DNA of 63,341 bases, filler included, from Octopus bimaculoides (lineage: Eukaryota): NCBI RefSeq assembly GCF_001194135.2. It is 4 parts of 4 records of this genome, joined end to end, with 100 filler letters (N's around TTAATTAATTAA, not from the genome) between each part and the next. Parts side by side here need not be neighbours in the genome. Positions count along the whole stretch, not along the records: positions 1 to 18,831 come from NC_068984.1; positions 18,932 to 30,207 come from NC_068986.1; 2 more parts are not named here. One strand, given 5' to 3'. Shown in pieces: positions 12,023-24,110 of this stretch. The notes under the pieces are model-generated. The model worked only from the letters and a program-made list of their open reading frames with translations. It had not been told where the DNA came from and ran no database searches. The translations under genes were made by a program, and so were the position numbers. Within the stretch, counting starts at the first letter, position 1. Each line of letters begins with the position of its first letter.

Positions 12023-12257
12023 CTTCTTCTTCTTCTTCTTCTTCTTCTTCTTCTTCTTCTTCTTCTTCTTCTTCTTCTTCTTCTTCTTCTTCTTTTTCTT
12101 CTTCTTCTTCTTCTTCTTCTTCTTCTTCTTCTCCTCCTCCTCCTCCTCCTCCTTCTTCTCCTCCTCCTTCTTCTTCTTCTTCTTCTTCTTCNNNNNNNNN
12201 NCTTCTTCTTCTTCTTCTTCTTCTTCTTCTTCTTCTTCTTCTTCTTCTTCTTCTTCT
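12023..12257. repeat. (CTT)n/(CCT)n microsatellite with a 10-N gap
   Basis: Directly visible in the sequence. Confidence 0.97.
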
Positions 12258-14100
12258 CTTAATTTTTATTGTTCATGGTGTACATGAATGTTTTACATTC
12301 GAGATCAATGTCCTTGATACCGGGTCACAATCAATTTCCCTAGATGTCAAGGACCTTCCCTTACAATCCTTGCTTTTCCCAATTAAGCAGATTCCTGAAT
12401 TAATGTATCTATGGTAGTTACACCAATCTCAAGTAGGGAAATATTAGATCTGTTGATGACAATACTTAGGGTACCTATAAGAACTGGGATTACTTTTGTA
12501 GAAACCCTTCACAGTTGTATTTATCTTGTCAGATCCTGATATATTCCTGTTTTCTCCTGTTCTTTGATTGTTACATTCATGCCTGCAGACATAGATACTC
12601 TTTTTTCTTTCCATGTTAAGAACTATAAAATCTGGTCACCTGGCATAAATTTCACCATCAGTCTGTACATCAATATCCCATAAAACCTTATACTGGTCGT
12701 TCTCTGTTACACTTTCTGTTTGATGCTCGTACCATTTTCTTCCTATTTCAAATCTTCTTTGCTGTAATATATCCCAGTTGAGTGTCTTGTTACACAGTCG
12801 TGTCTTGGTCTATACTCCTTCTGTCTCAAAGGACTACAGGAAATTATATGCTTAACAGATTCCTCTTTCTCATTACATACTCCGCACTTTGCACTTTTCG
12901 CAGATTTGTCTAATTTGGCCTTAATGACATTCGTCCATAATGATTGGCTTTGAGCAGCTGTTACGAGTCCTTCCGTTTCTTTCTTCATCCATAAGCAAGA
13001 GTCTTCTGGTACGACGTCCCGTGTTTGTATGAAATGCTGACGTATAGATCTTTTTCAGAGATATTTCTTTCTCGTCCCTGTTTTCCCCTTTTAGTTGACC
13101 GGAAGTTTGGGGGTTGCATGAGACGTCATCCTGAAGATCTCGTTGCCGACAAGCAGGATATCGCTCTCTTCACTTTTCAGCACCAAGTTATTTATTTTTG
13201 CTGCTGTTTTTTTAGCAAGTGCTGTCTGTGAGAGATCATACGATATTCCAAGGCTGTCTCCGCTGATCTCAAGCCTATATCACCTTCATCTCTTATTAGG
13301 TAGAGCCTGTCGCCGTCATTATTTCTGTGGAGATTTTCAGCTGATGTCAGGATCTTGTGGGTTTTAACGTCTATGTAGTGGATTTCTTCTACAAACCACG
13401 CAAGTATTCCAAATGTTAGAATCAGCACTGGTACTGCAAATGCATTGTGGGGTATTGTCTTGTGAGAGGAGAGTTCTGACAGCCATATTTTTCTACGTCT
13501 GGCATAATACTCTCGGGTCATTCTATCTTTATTCACAGTGCCTTCGTCTGTTTTCATCAATGCCTGAGTACTTGTAGCTTTCTTTGTGTGCGACAAGAGA
13601 GATAGTGAGAACACTGATGCACAGGGTTTGGGTCTGGGGAACTGATTTACTCCGTTCAACAATCAAATACAAACATTTCTTTTGGCCAAATTCCGTTCCT
13701 ATGTCAACTAAAAATGTTGTTATTAATCCCAGCTGTTTTTCTTGGCATTGTTAACATATTTTTAGCATAAGCCTCGAGGTCACCTACAAAGAAAATATGG
13801 GTTGTATTAATATCTCTAGCAGTTGCAGAAGTGTGTAGCTATTTGTTTTTTGCAGCAGGTATCACAATAGATTTAATGCCAAAATGAATAGAATTACAGG
13901 AAGATTATGTCCTTTGAAATATTTATAACATTGGAGACGATAGTTCCGATCTCAGTACTACGTGTGAGAATTGTTGCTCAAGTTTTTGTGAGCCTCTCAA
14001 TGCTAGCAATTAAGGAATCAGGCACTTTTGTCAAATGTAGACACTACGGCAGCCATGAGTGAGGAACAGAATCGAATGCCTTCCTATAATTAAGTCATAC
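12258..14100 (-). mobile_element. R4/Dong-clade non-LTR retrotransposon, copy B (RT, CCHC and REL), decayed
   Basis: Motifs YRKAFDSVPHSWL (RT), THIFFVGDLEAYA (degenerate YMDD), DGDRLYLIRDEGDIGL, KCGVCNEKEESVKHIISC (CCHC), WYEH..ENDQYKVLWD..QTD..AR*PDFIV (REL) and VIPVLIGTL. It ends in (GAA)n. Confidence 0.9.
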
Positions 14101-14224
14101 TGATCTAAGACCCCTACGGTGTTTCATTACTTCAGACAGTTGTATGTATGTATGTATGTATGTATGGATGGATGGATGGATGGATGGATGGATGGATGGA
14201 TGGATGGATGGATGCGTTATGTAT

Positions 14225-14585
14225 GCGTTTCTTTTTTCTCTTTTACTTGGACTGTGGCCACGCTGGAGTATCACCAATGAAAAGTTTAGTCGAACGAATT
14301 GACCCCAGTACCTGTTTTTAAACCTAGTACTTGTACTATCGGTCTCTTTTGCCGAAACACTAATTTACTGGGACGTAAACACACCAACACCAGTTGTCAA
14401 GCGGTAATGGAGAACAAAGACACACACAAAGACACACACGATAGGTTTCTTTTCAGTTTCCGATTATCAAGTTCACTCACAAGGCTTTGGTCGACCCGAG
14501 GCTATAGTAGAAGATACTTACTCGAGGTGCAGCGCAGTGAGACTGAATCCGGAACCATGTGACTATGAGGCAAACCTCTACCACA
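14225..14585 (-). mobile_element. SINE family A, near full length
   Basis: ggactgtggccacgctggagtatcacc...gactgaatccggaaccatgtgactatgaggcaaacctctaccaca. Confidence 0.85.
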
Positions 14586-14589
14586 ATAC

Positions 14590-14669
<80 letters not shown>

Positions 14670-15619
14670 TTGCTCGACTAAAGACAAATGACTGAAACAA
14701 GTAAAATAATAAAAGTNNNNNNNNNNNNNNNNNNNNNNNNNNNNNNNNNNNNNNNNNNNNNNNNNNNNNNNNNNNNNNNNNNNNNNNNNNNNNNNNNNNN
14801 NNNNNNNNNNNNNNNNNNNNNNNNNNNNNNNNNNNNNNNNNNNNNNNNNNNNNNNNNNNNNNNNNNNNNNNNNNNNNNNNNNNNNNNNNNNNNNNNNNNN
14901 NNNNNNNNNNNNNNNNNNNNNNNNNNNNNNNNNNNNNNNNNNNNNNNNNNNNNNNNNNNNNNNNNNNNNNNNNNNNNNNNNNNNNNNNNNNNNNNNNNNN
15001 NNNNNNNNNNNNNNNNNNNNNNNNNNNNNNNNNNNNNNNNNNNNNNNNNNNNNNNNNNNNNNNNNNNNNNNNNNNNNNNNNNNNNNNNNNNNNNNNNNNN
15101 NNNNNNNNNNNNNNNNNNNNNNNNNNNNNNNNNNNNNNNNNNNNNNNNNNNNNNNNNNNNNNNNNNNNNNNNNNNNNNNNNNNNNNNNNNNNNNNNNNNN
15201 NNNNNNNNNNNNNNNNNNNNNNNNNNNNNNNNNNNNNNNNNNNNNNNNNNNNNNNNNNNNNNNNNNNNNNNNNNNNNNNNNNNNNNNNNNNNNNNNNNNN
15301 NNNNNNNNNNNNNNNNNNNNNNNNNNNNNNNNNNNNNNNNNNNNNNNNNNNNNNNNNNNNNNNNNNNNNNNNNNNNNNNNNNNNNNNNNNNNNNNNNNNN
15401 NNNNNNNNNNNNNNNNNNNNNNNNNNNNNNNNNNNNNNNNNNNNNNNNNNNNNNNNNNNNNNNNNNNNNNNNNNNNNNNNNNNNNNNNNNNNNNNNNNNN
15501 NNNNNNNNNNNNNNNNNNNNNNNNNNNNNNNNNNNNNNNNNNNNNNNNNNNNNNNNNNNNNNNNNNNNNNNNNNNNNNNNNNNNNNNNNNNNNNNNNNNN
15601 NNNNNNNNNNNNNNAGGTG

Positions 15620-15718
15620 GAGAAGAAGAAGAAGAAGAAGAAGAAGAAGAAGAAGAAGAAGAAGAAGAAGAAGAAGAAGAAGAAGAAGAAGAAGACGATG
15701 ACGAAGACGAAGAAGAAG
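15620..15718. repeat. (GAA)n microsatellite
   Basis: Directly visible after the gap. Confidence 0.95.
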
Positions 15719-15994
15719 GAGCATTGATTTGGTGGACGTTGTGAACGAGAAAATATAAAAGAAAGGAACGGAAAAGTGTGCTTAGAGAAAAGGTGTTTCG
15801 TATGGGGTATTTGACTAATCAGCAAGCAATTGCTATTGTCAACAACGTCTCAATGTTTCATCAAATGCGGATTATTTGAAGTGGTAGAAATTAATATAAA
15901 TTTTCAATAACAAATTTGGTAAGGTAAAAGTTATTTTTAAACATTGAATGAGGAAAAACGTTAAAATTCATCCTCCTACACACACATATATCCT

Positions 15995-16212
15995 TTGTCT
16001 TTATCGTTTACTTGTTTTAATCATTAGACTGTGGCCATGCTGGAGTACCACATGGAAGACTTTTTTTTACAGTCGAATGTAACGACCCGAGTACTTATTT
16101 TTTTCATTTTAAGCCTGGTACTTATTCTATCGGTTTCTTAAACCCAACTACTAAGTTACGGGGACGTAGACACAGCAAACACTGCTTGTCAAGCAGTTGG
16201 GGGGGGGGTAGA
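15995..16212 (-). mobile_element. SINE family A, 3' part
   Basis: cattagactgtggccatgctggagtaccac...taagttacggggacgtagacacagc...gtcaagcagttgggggggg. Confidence 0.8.
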
Positions 16213-16214
16213 AA

Positions 16215-16586
16215 CAATGGATCTAGATATTGAGAAGTTGGTAAAATTCTGCAGAGGTTGTGCTCTTGCAGCGAAATCCCCACCTATAAAATTTCAACTT
16301 TGGCCCAAGACCGATATTCCATGGACCAGGCTACACATAGGCTCCGTAGGACCTTTAAACGGATCATATTATCTAATAATGGTAGATAGCTTTACAAAAT
16401 GGCCAGAAATGTGTAAATGTAGAAAACTGACCTCCATGGTAACAGTGGAATTTGCAAGAGATGGTGTCCCGGACACCATAATCTCCGATAACAGTACACA
16501 ATTTACGGCGAATGAATTTAAGAATTTTCCGTATCACCCAAGATCGAACGGACAAGCTGAACACTTTGTGGCCACGTTCAAAAGGG
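16215..16586 (+). mobile_element. Ty3/Gypsy integrase fragment (pseudogene)
   Basis: DIEKLVKFCRGC (zinc-binding), PWTRLHI, YLIMVDSFTKWPE, GVPDTIISDNSTQF and PYHPRSNGQAEHFVATFKR. The first catalytic D is mutated and there are internal deletions. Confidence 0.9.
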
Positions 16587-17650
16587 AAAATGCTAGGTGC
16601 TACCTTTATACCAAAAAGAAGTCGATTAAATTTAAACAGTCCTTTATGAATATTTATTGTNNNNNNNNNNNNNNNNNNNNNNNNNNNNNNNNNNNNNNNN
16701 NNNNNNNNNNNNNNNNNNNNNNNNNNNNNNNNNNNNNNNNNNNNNNNNNNNNNNNNNNNNNNNNNNNNNNNNNNNNNNNNNNNNNNNNNNNNNNNNNNNN
16801 NNNNNNNNNNNNNNNNNNNNNNNNNNNNNNNNNNNNNNNNNNNNNNNNNNNNNNNNNNNNNNNNNNNNNNNNNNNNNNNNNNNNNNNNNNNNNNNNNNNN
16901 NNNNNNNNNNNNNNNNNNNNNNNNNNNNNNNNNNNNNNNNNNNNNNNNNNNNNNNNNNNNNNNNNNNNNNNNAATACCGGTATAGCGTTTTCTTTTACTT
17001 GAAACTTCGCCTTTGTTTTGGGGCAAAGACCTAATTCATCAGAAAAATCTTCAGGAAAAATATTTTAAAATTAATTTTTAAAATCTCCGACGCCTTATTT
17101 GTACTGGCAGAAGAAGCATTCACATTTTCACAAAACATATTTATGGCTAGGTCCCATAAGTTAAATAATTCCGTCCAGTCTGTTCCAAATAAATTTGTCG
17201 TATTATTCAACACCAGAAGTTTGGTTTTCAAGGTTTTTCACGAAATATAACACCACTTATCATATCATCCATAAAATGCAATTTTTTTCCTGAAACACCT
17301 CGCGCAATTTTCGAAGTTTCCTTTAAAATAGGTTTCCCTATTTTTCTCCATGTATCTGAGTTAATTATCGTGATATCACTGTCCGTATCCAACTGTAACT
17401 TCATATTCACAGTATTCATTTTTACGGACATAAATTTTCTTTTTTGAGCCTTGCTTAGAATATTTGTTCACAATACATTGCTTCCAGAATATTTGTAGTT
17501 TCGCTCTACAATGTGAACTTTTACGTCCGATTTTTTCACACTCAAAACATTTTAGATTTTTAAAAGGGCAGTTACTTGTAAAATGTAAACCTCTGCACCC
17601 ATAGCATGGACTGGGTCTTGACACTCATGTTTCTTTTTTGTTATCCGTTT
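16585..17650 (-). mobile_element. Ty3/Gypsy gag-protease-RT fragment (pseudogene)
   Basis: CYGCRGLHFTSNCPFKNLKCFECEKIGRKSSHC (zinc knuckles), LQLDTDSDITII (aspartyl protease), NLFGTDW, and TINIHKGLFKFNRLLFGIKVAPSIF (RT). A gap lies at 16661-16972. Confidence 0.9.
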
Positions 17651-17929
17651 TAGGTCAAAAATGCAAGACTCCAAAACGTCCTCTGTCATCATCAACAATA
17701 AACGGTCCGACGAGTTCATCTTTTATGCACACAGGTGTGTAAATGTCTATCACCATAACATAGGGAGAGAGGTCAAAGAGGTGAGGTAATACACTGCATT
17801 ATTAACACGCTAATAATTATGCTTGAAGGATAGGGATAGGAGGTGCAAGAGAATAAGGTGTGGTTAAACAATCAAGAAATAGAGGATTATGTAACCTGTT
17901 TAAAATATTCAGATGCACGACGAATTTTA

Positions 17930-18595
17930 TGATTACACGATAAACGAATTTCCGATCTACTATTAAGTAAATTCTCATTATCTTTATTCTTTAATATTTC
18001 GTATAGCTCAATACTGCATAGTTTGCATCTTTAATATCTGTTATTAGAACACGATTGGGCCTTATGAATGATGTTCCATATAATATCAAATTTAGCATTA
18101 TTGTCGTTAAGGTGCCTAATTTTCATAGATAATATAGTATTATTAGCCTTGTGTTCGTGTCTAAATGAAGACACAAGAACAGCCTATGTAGGTAAATATA
18201 TTAATATCAGTTATTATAATACATTAATAAACAATATTTTTAGTTAAACAGGCTCCTCTTAGTAGACAATTAGTTTTATTGCGACAATTACAATTCTTAC
18301 TGCTAATCTTGATATCGTGAGTATTACTATTAATGCCTACGTAGTAATTACCATGGTCGCTAATAAAGACTTTGTTTACCTTATTCGTGCTGCCATTATC
18401 ATTACTGATACCAAAACCATCGATCACTCCATCATGGTTCACCCGACTAGGAATTTTGTAACTAGAATAACTAACAACTTTATAGTCACCAGACGGCAGG
18501 TCAGGGGGCACTAAAATAGCAGCCTGCTTCTCAGTTTCATTCACTACATACGGAATGTTTACACTATTTGGCATTACTATTTGGTAGTACAAAAT
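17930..18595 (-). mobile_element. Penelope-like element 3' part: Cys-rich linker and GIY-YIG endonuclease, decayed
   Basis: NCNCRNKTNCLLRGACLTKNIVY...TYIG...SSFRHEHK..NTILS..I..L...IIWNIIHKA...RCKLCSIE...NLLNSRSEI..SCNHK. Confidence 0.82.
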
Positions 18596-18657
18596 CGGGC
18601 GTAGGAGGGTAACACCTTGATTCAGCTAAATGTAGGCCATCGCTCCTGTCGGTATAT

Positions 18658-18699
<42 letters not shown>

Positions 18700-18875
18700 G
18701 CGCGCAAACACACACACTCACACACACACATTATATATATATATGTATTATTTTATTTTTACTTGTTTCAGTCATTTTACTGCGGCCATGCTGGAGCACC
18801 GCCTTTAGTCGAACAAATCGACCCTAGGACANNNNNNNNNNNNNNNNNNNNNNNNNNNNNNNNNNNNNNNNNNNN

Positions 18876-18887
18876 TTAATTAATTAA
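18876..18887. other. Artificial scaffold-join linker TTAATTAATTAA between N runs
   Basis: The identical 12-mer, which has stops in all six frames, is centred in a 100 bp N gap here and at 30252-30263 and 52318-52329. Confidence 0.9.
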
Positions 18888-19616
18888 NNNNNNNNNNNNN
18901 NNNNNNNNNNNNNNNNNNNNNNNNNNNNNNNTATATATATACATATATATATATATATCTGAAAGTAATAAAGCAATCTAGATATACTGTGACTTTGTGA
19001 CTTCAAAAGTACCTAACTTGACCAAGGAGGAAATCACTTTTAATAGTTTGTCATTTTATGTTCAAATCCTGCTGAGCTCAGTTGTGTCTCTTCTGCTGTG
19101 TTTTCCTGGGTGTGTGAGTGGTGGGGGCAATAAAATAAGTACCAGTTAATAACTAGGGTCAATTTAATTAATTATGTTCTTCCTTGACCCAAATTTCAGA
19201 CACTGTGCCATGCCTGTGTTAGTATTCACAGATTCATTTGTCACTTTTAAAATTCTTTATGAATGATGGTCATCTTCTCCTGGTCTGTAAACCATGAGTT
19301 AACCCTACATTTGAAAACAGTCAGTGAGAACATTGATATTGGATAACAAACCATAAATATCGACTCTTGAACTACTTTATGACCAAATAGTTTTGGAATT
19401 AAATACTTGACAATTATGCAAATTAGTTGTTAAAATATTAATCAACATTGGGTAGATCGATTTGTATCGAAATGATTATTAATTATATGATTTTGGTTCA
19501 CCTTCAAAAGTTAAATGGTTTCTTAAGATTATTATTGATTCCATTTGATTAGACACAGAATCAATATAAATTGATTGATTTGATACCATTATATCACTGA
19601 TATTTGTTATCAATAA

Positions 19617-19820
19617 TGCAGTGAGCTGGCAGAATCATTCATATGCTGAACAAAATGCTCTGCTGCGTTTCATCTGCCTTTAAGTTTTGGGTTCAAATTC
19701 TGCTGAGGCTGTCTCTATCTTTCATTCTTTTGGCATTAATTACCTCACCCCTGGTTGAGCACTGAGGTGGGGGGATGTAATCAACTACCCCACCCACCAA
19801 AAAAATGTCCAGGCCTTGTG
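19617..19820 (+). mobile_element. SINE family B (CpG-decayed copy)
   Basis: gtgagctggcagaatc...caaaatgct...gttcaaattctgctgagg...aggccttgtg. Confidence 0.75.
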
Positions 19821-19822
19821 AA

Positions 19823-20160
19823 GGCGCATGGTTCAGTGGTTAAAGTGTTGGTCTTACAATCATGAGGTAGTGAGTTGGATTCCCAGACCGGGCTGTGTGT
19901 TGTGTTCTTGAGCAAGACACTTTATTTCACATTGCTCCAGTTCACTCAACTCTAGAAATGAGTTGCAACATCACTGATGCCAAGTTGTATCATTATTTGC
20001 CTTTCCCTTGAATAATATCAGTGGCATGGAGAGGGAAGGCTGGTGTGCATGGGCAAGTGCTGGTCTTTTATAAAACAACCTTGTCTGGACTTGTGCCTCA
20101 GAGGGGAACTTTATAGGTGCAATCCCATGGTCATTCATAACCGAAGGGGGTCTTTAACCT
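19823..20160 (+). mobile_element. SINE family C, near full length with Pol III boxes
   Basis: A-box-like TGGTTCAGTGG and B-box-like GAGTTGGATTCC, then tgtgttcttgagcaagacact. The 3' part is shared with 400-628. Confidence 0.85.
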
Positions 20161-20284
20161 CATACCCTGTGTCTATAGTAGAAAGGATATTTATTTTATA
20201 AATATAAAAGAATGTCAGAAGCCGATAAGTTGGCAGAATCATTAGCACACAAGGCAAAATGCTTAGCAGCATTTCATTCATCTT

Positions 20285-20665
20285 TATCTTTTACTTGTTT
20301 CAGTCATTAGACTGCAGCCATGCAGGGGCACCACCTCGGAGGACTTTTAATCAAATGAAGCAACCTTAGTACATATAATACTGTTTTTTTAAGCCTGGTA
20401 CTTATTCTATCAGTCTATTTTGCTGAATCATTAAGTTACAGGGATGTAAGCACATCAACACCAGTTGTCAAGCAATGGTAGGGGACAAACACAGACACAA
20501 ACACACACATGATAAGCTTCTTTCAGCTTCCGTCTACCAAATCCATCCACAGAGCTTTTGGCTGGCCAGAGACTATAGTAAAAGACACTTACCCAAGGTG
20601 TCAAGGACTGAACCCAGAACCATGTGATTAGGAAGCAAGCTTCTTACCACACGGCCATGCCTGCA
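20285..20665 (-). mobile_element. SINE family A, near full length
   Basis: ttgtttcagtcattagactgcagccatgc...ggactgaacccagaaccatgtgattaggaagcaagcttcttaccacacggccatgcct. Confidence 0.85.
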
Positions 20666-20667
20666 CC

Positions 20668-20832
20668 TGTGAGAACATGTCTGATCATAGGGAAATATTA
20701 CCTCACTTGGGAACAGGTGAAGGCTGGCAATTGGAAGGGCATCTGGCTGTAGAAACTCCACCTTAAAAATTCCCTCCAATCCATGCTAGCATGGAAAAAT
20801 GGACATTGAAATGATGATGGTGGTGGTGGTGG
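20668..20832 (+). mobile_element. Repeat ending in an RTE-type 3' tail
   Basis: ggaagggcatctggctgtagaaa...ccatgctagcatggaaaaatggacattgaaatgatgatgg. Confidence 0.7.
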
Positions 20833-21566
20833 CAAGGTGAGATTTGATGAAAATTTGCTAGCTTTTTCGTACAGGTTGAATAACCACCATAGAGGCTAGG
20901 AAACCCTGTTTGCATTTGAACACAGAACAGAGGTTTTGCAGAGCAAGTCTGTCAAATCTGATGACACATTAACAATTTTGATATTGCTGATATTTTGTAT
21001 GAATACTTTGAGAATGAGTCTATATTTGCAGAGAACTTGTGTCATATGAGTTGGTGTCACAAGATTCAATAGTATGTGTTATAACAAAATGACTGAAATT
21101 GTTGCTGGTTAGCTTTTTCAACTCGTGATAAAATGTAGAAGGTATGAAAAACCTTGAAGGTAAATGAAGATTATTATCTGATAAAATGAACGTGCTTCTG
21201 TAAGGTTTGTATCTATTTCTTTGTAAGTGATAACCAGATCTTGTTAGTCAGGAAGTTGTGATTCCTATTAAACACCTGTTACTCACTCAACTAAACAGTG
21301 CATATATTATATTTCCATTTTATCCATCCGTCAGTCTGTCTATCAATGTATGTACATATGTATCTATCTATTTATCAGTTTATTTATCTATTTATCTTTG
21401 TATCTATCTTGGGCTATATGTTTACCTTTCATCATATTTGTCTATCTATGTATTGCTCTTTCTATCTATCTATCTAGGTATCACTCTTTCTGCCTACCTA
21501 TCTATGTATCTATTTCCTTATCTGTCTAACTATTTGTTTATCTATATATATAAAAATGAGAATGTG

Positions 21567-21597
<31 letters not shown>

Positions 21598-22818
21598 GTG
21601 AATCCCTAAAACTCGAGAACTACGCAACCAATTTCATTCAAATTTTACACATGCCTTACTTAGGGTTCCAGTTGTGTTTTAGTCAAAAAAAATTATTAAC
21701 TTCTTGCAGAGTTCGAGCACACGGCAACATAATATCTCCTCCACTATTTAAGTATTACGTGTCAAAAGTGAAACAAAAACACTCATGTCAAATACTTTCA
21801 CTTTAAAAATGAAACTATTCCACTAACTGAAACAATCACATTTCGATACTGTAGTGACAGATACTTTCACAGAGACAGAAAGAGAGAAAGAGAGAGACAG
21901 AAAGAGAGAAAGAGAGAGACANNNNNNNNNNNNNNNNNNNNNNNNNNNNNNNNNNNNNNNNNNNNNNNNNNNNNNNNNNNNNNNNNNNNNNNNNNNNNNN
22001 NNNNNNNNNNNNNNNNNNNNNNNNNNNNNNNNNNNNNNNNNNNNNNNNNNNNNNNNNNNNNNNNNNNNNNNNNNNNNNNNNNNNNNNNNNNNNNNNNNNN
22101 NNNNNNNNNNNNNNNNNNNNNNNNNNNNNNNNNNNNNNNNNNNNNNNNNNNNNNNNNNNNNNNNNNNNNNNNNNNNNNNNNNNNNNNNNNNNNNNNNNNN
22201 NNNNNNNNNNNNNNNNNNNNNNNNNNNNNNNNNNNNNNNNNNNNNNNNNNNNNNNNNNNNNNNNNNNNNNNNNNNNNNNNNNNNNNNNNNNNNNNNNNNN
22301 NNNNNNNNNNNNNNNNNNNNNNNNNNNNNNNNNNNNNNNNNNNNNNNNNNNNNNNNNNNNNNNNNNNNNNNNNNNNNNNNNNNNNNNNNNNNNNNNNNNN
22401 NNNNNNNNNNNNNNNNNNNNNNNNNNNNNNNNNNNNNNNNNNNNNNNNNNNNNNNNNNNNNNNNNNNNNNNNNNNNNNNNNNNNNNNNNNNNNNNNNNNN
22501 NNNNNNNNNNNNNNNNNNNNNNNNNNNNNNNNNNNNNNNNNNNNNNNNNNNNNNNNNNNNNNNNNNNNNNNNNNNNNNNNNNNNNNNNNNNNNNNNNNNN
22601 NNNNNNNNNNNNNNNNNNNNNNNNNNNNNNNNNNNNNNNNNNNNNNNNNNNNNNNNNNNNNNNNNNNNNNNNNNNNNNNNNNNNNNNNNNNNNNNNNNNN
22701 NNNNNNNNNNNNNNNNNNNNNNNNNNNNNNNNNNNNNNNNNNNNNNNNNNNNNNNNNNNNNNNNNNNNNNNNNNNNNNNNNNNNNNNNNNNNNNNNNNNN
22801 NNNNNNNNNNNNNNNNNA

Positions 22819-22942
22819 GAGCCCTGCTTCTCACATGGACAACTGTATGTTGGCTGCTCAAGAGTGGGCAGCAACAAAAAACCTATTTGTATATGCTCCA
22901 CAAGGGAAAACAAGGAACATAGTTTACAATGAGGTGTTATAA
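22819..22942 (+). pseudogene. Helitron RepHel Pif1-family helicase C-terminus (one frameshift)
   Basis: EPCFSHGQLYVGCSRVGSNK / NLFVYAPQGKTRNIVYNEVL* matches the Pif1 motif VI and the typical Helitron C-terminus. Confidence 0.9.
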
Positions 22943-23061
22943 TCACAACAGCAAGAAAGTATGTACATGATCACCTTCTTTTACGAAACTTCATTGACTT
23001 TCATATATTTATATTGATATACATATATATACGTGTGTTTGGGTGCGTGTGTGTATATACA

Positions 23062-23152
23062 TCTCTATATATAAAGATGATGCGTAGTCTAGACGGCGTT
23101 TTTAGATTTCATTATTCTCTTTAACCCGGGCAACGCCGGGTATTTCTGCTAG
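23062..23152 (+). mobile_element. 91 bp mini-Helitron
   Basis: A|TCTCTATATATAAAG...hairpin 23124-23141...CTAG|T, inserted between A and T with no TSD. Confidence 0.7.
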
Positions 23153-23624
23153 TGTATTTATATTTATATCTCTTTGTCTCTATATGTTTTTCTCACTATA
23201 TCTGCCTGTCTATCTATCTGTCTGTCTACCTATCTATTTACTAATCTATGAATTCATCTACACATTTATTTACCTATCCAGGTACCAATCTAATTATTTC
23301 CTTATATATCTATTTACCTATCTTTCAGTGCATGCAGGGCTATGCATGAACAATTTGTCAACCTTTCCTGTCAAAAGAGTACAAAATATCAATTTTCTAT
23401 TTTCCGGCTGTAATTTAAATCTCAGATCATTAAACCTAGTTGGCTGTCTAGATGGTGATTCTATTTCCTTTCTTATTGTCACACTTCATGAATCAGTTAC
23501 TTTACACTTCTACTTACTCAACTATCTGAAACATGTTCCTCTTACCACTTCTTCATTTAGCAAGGTGGGAAGGGAGGGAGTCCTTTTTTGTTTTCAGTCT
23601 TATTATTACTAAATACTAAGTGGT

Positions 23625-24110
23625 GCTACATAAAAGCATCTGTGCAGTGCCACATAAAAGTGCCTATGCAGTGTCACATAAAGGTGCCCATGCTATGACA
23701 CATAAAAGTGCCTGTATGGTGTCAATCTAAAAGTGCCCATGCAGTATCACACAAAAGCACCTGTGCAGTGCCCGTGCGCTTCCACGTAAACGCATTTGTG
23801 CATATAAAAGTGCCTGTGCGAAGTCATGTAAAAGCTCCCATCCAGTGCCACATAAAAGTGCCCATACAGTGCCACATAAAGGTGCCCATGCTATGACACA
23901 TAAAAGTGCCTGTATGGTGTCAATCTAAAAGTGCCCATGCAGTATCACACAAAAGCACCTGTGCAGTGCCCGTGCGCTTCCACGTAAACGCATTTGTGCA
24001 GTTCCACATAAAAGCACCCATGTAGTGCCACATAAAAGCACCCATGTGGTGCCATGTAATAGTGCCTGTGCAGCACCACATAAAAGCACCTGTACAGTGT
24101 CACGCAAAAA
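23625..24110 (+). repeat. ~22-24 bp minisatellite (GTGCCCATGCAGTGCCACATAAAA-like) with a 198 bp higher-order duplication
   Basis: About 20 degenerate units. About 120 bp starting at 23683 is repeated exactly at 23881. Confidence 0.9.

Larger units (their letters stand above)
21541..23152 (+). mobile_element. Helitron (non-autonomous or composite)
   Basis: 5' A|TCTATATATATAAAAATGAG, internal (GTCT)n, helicase C-terminus after the gap, 3' hairpin ACCCGG-GCAACG-CCGGGT and CTAG|T. Continuity across the 21922-22817 gap is assumed. Confidence 0.7.
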
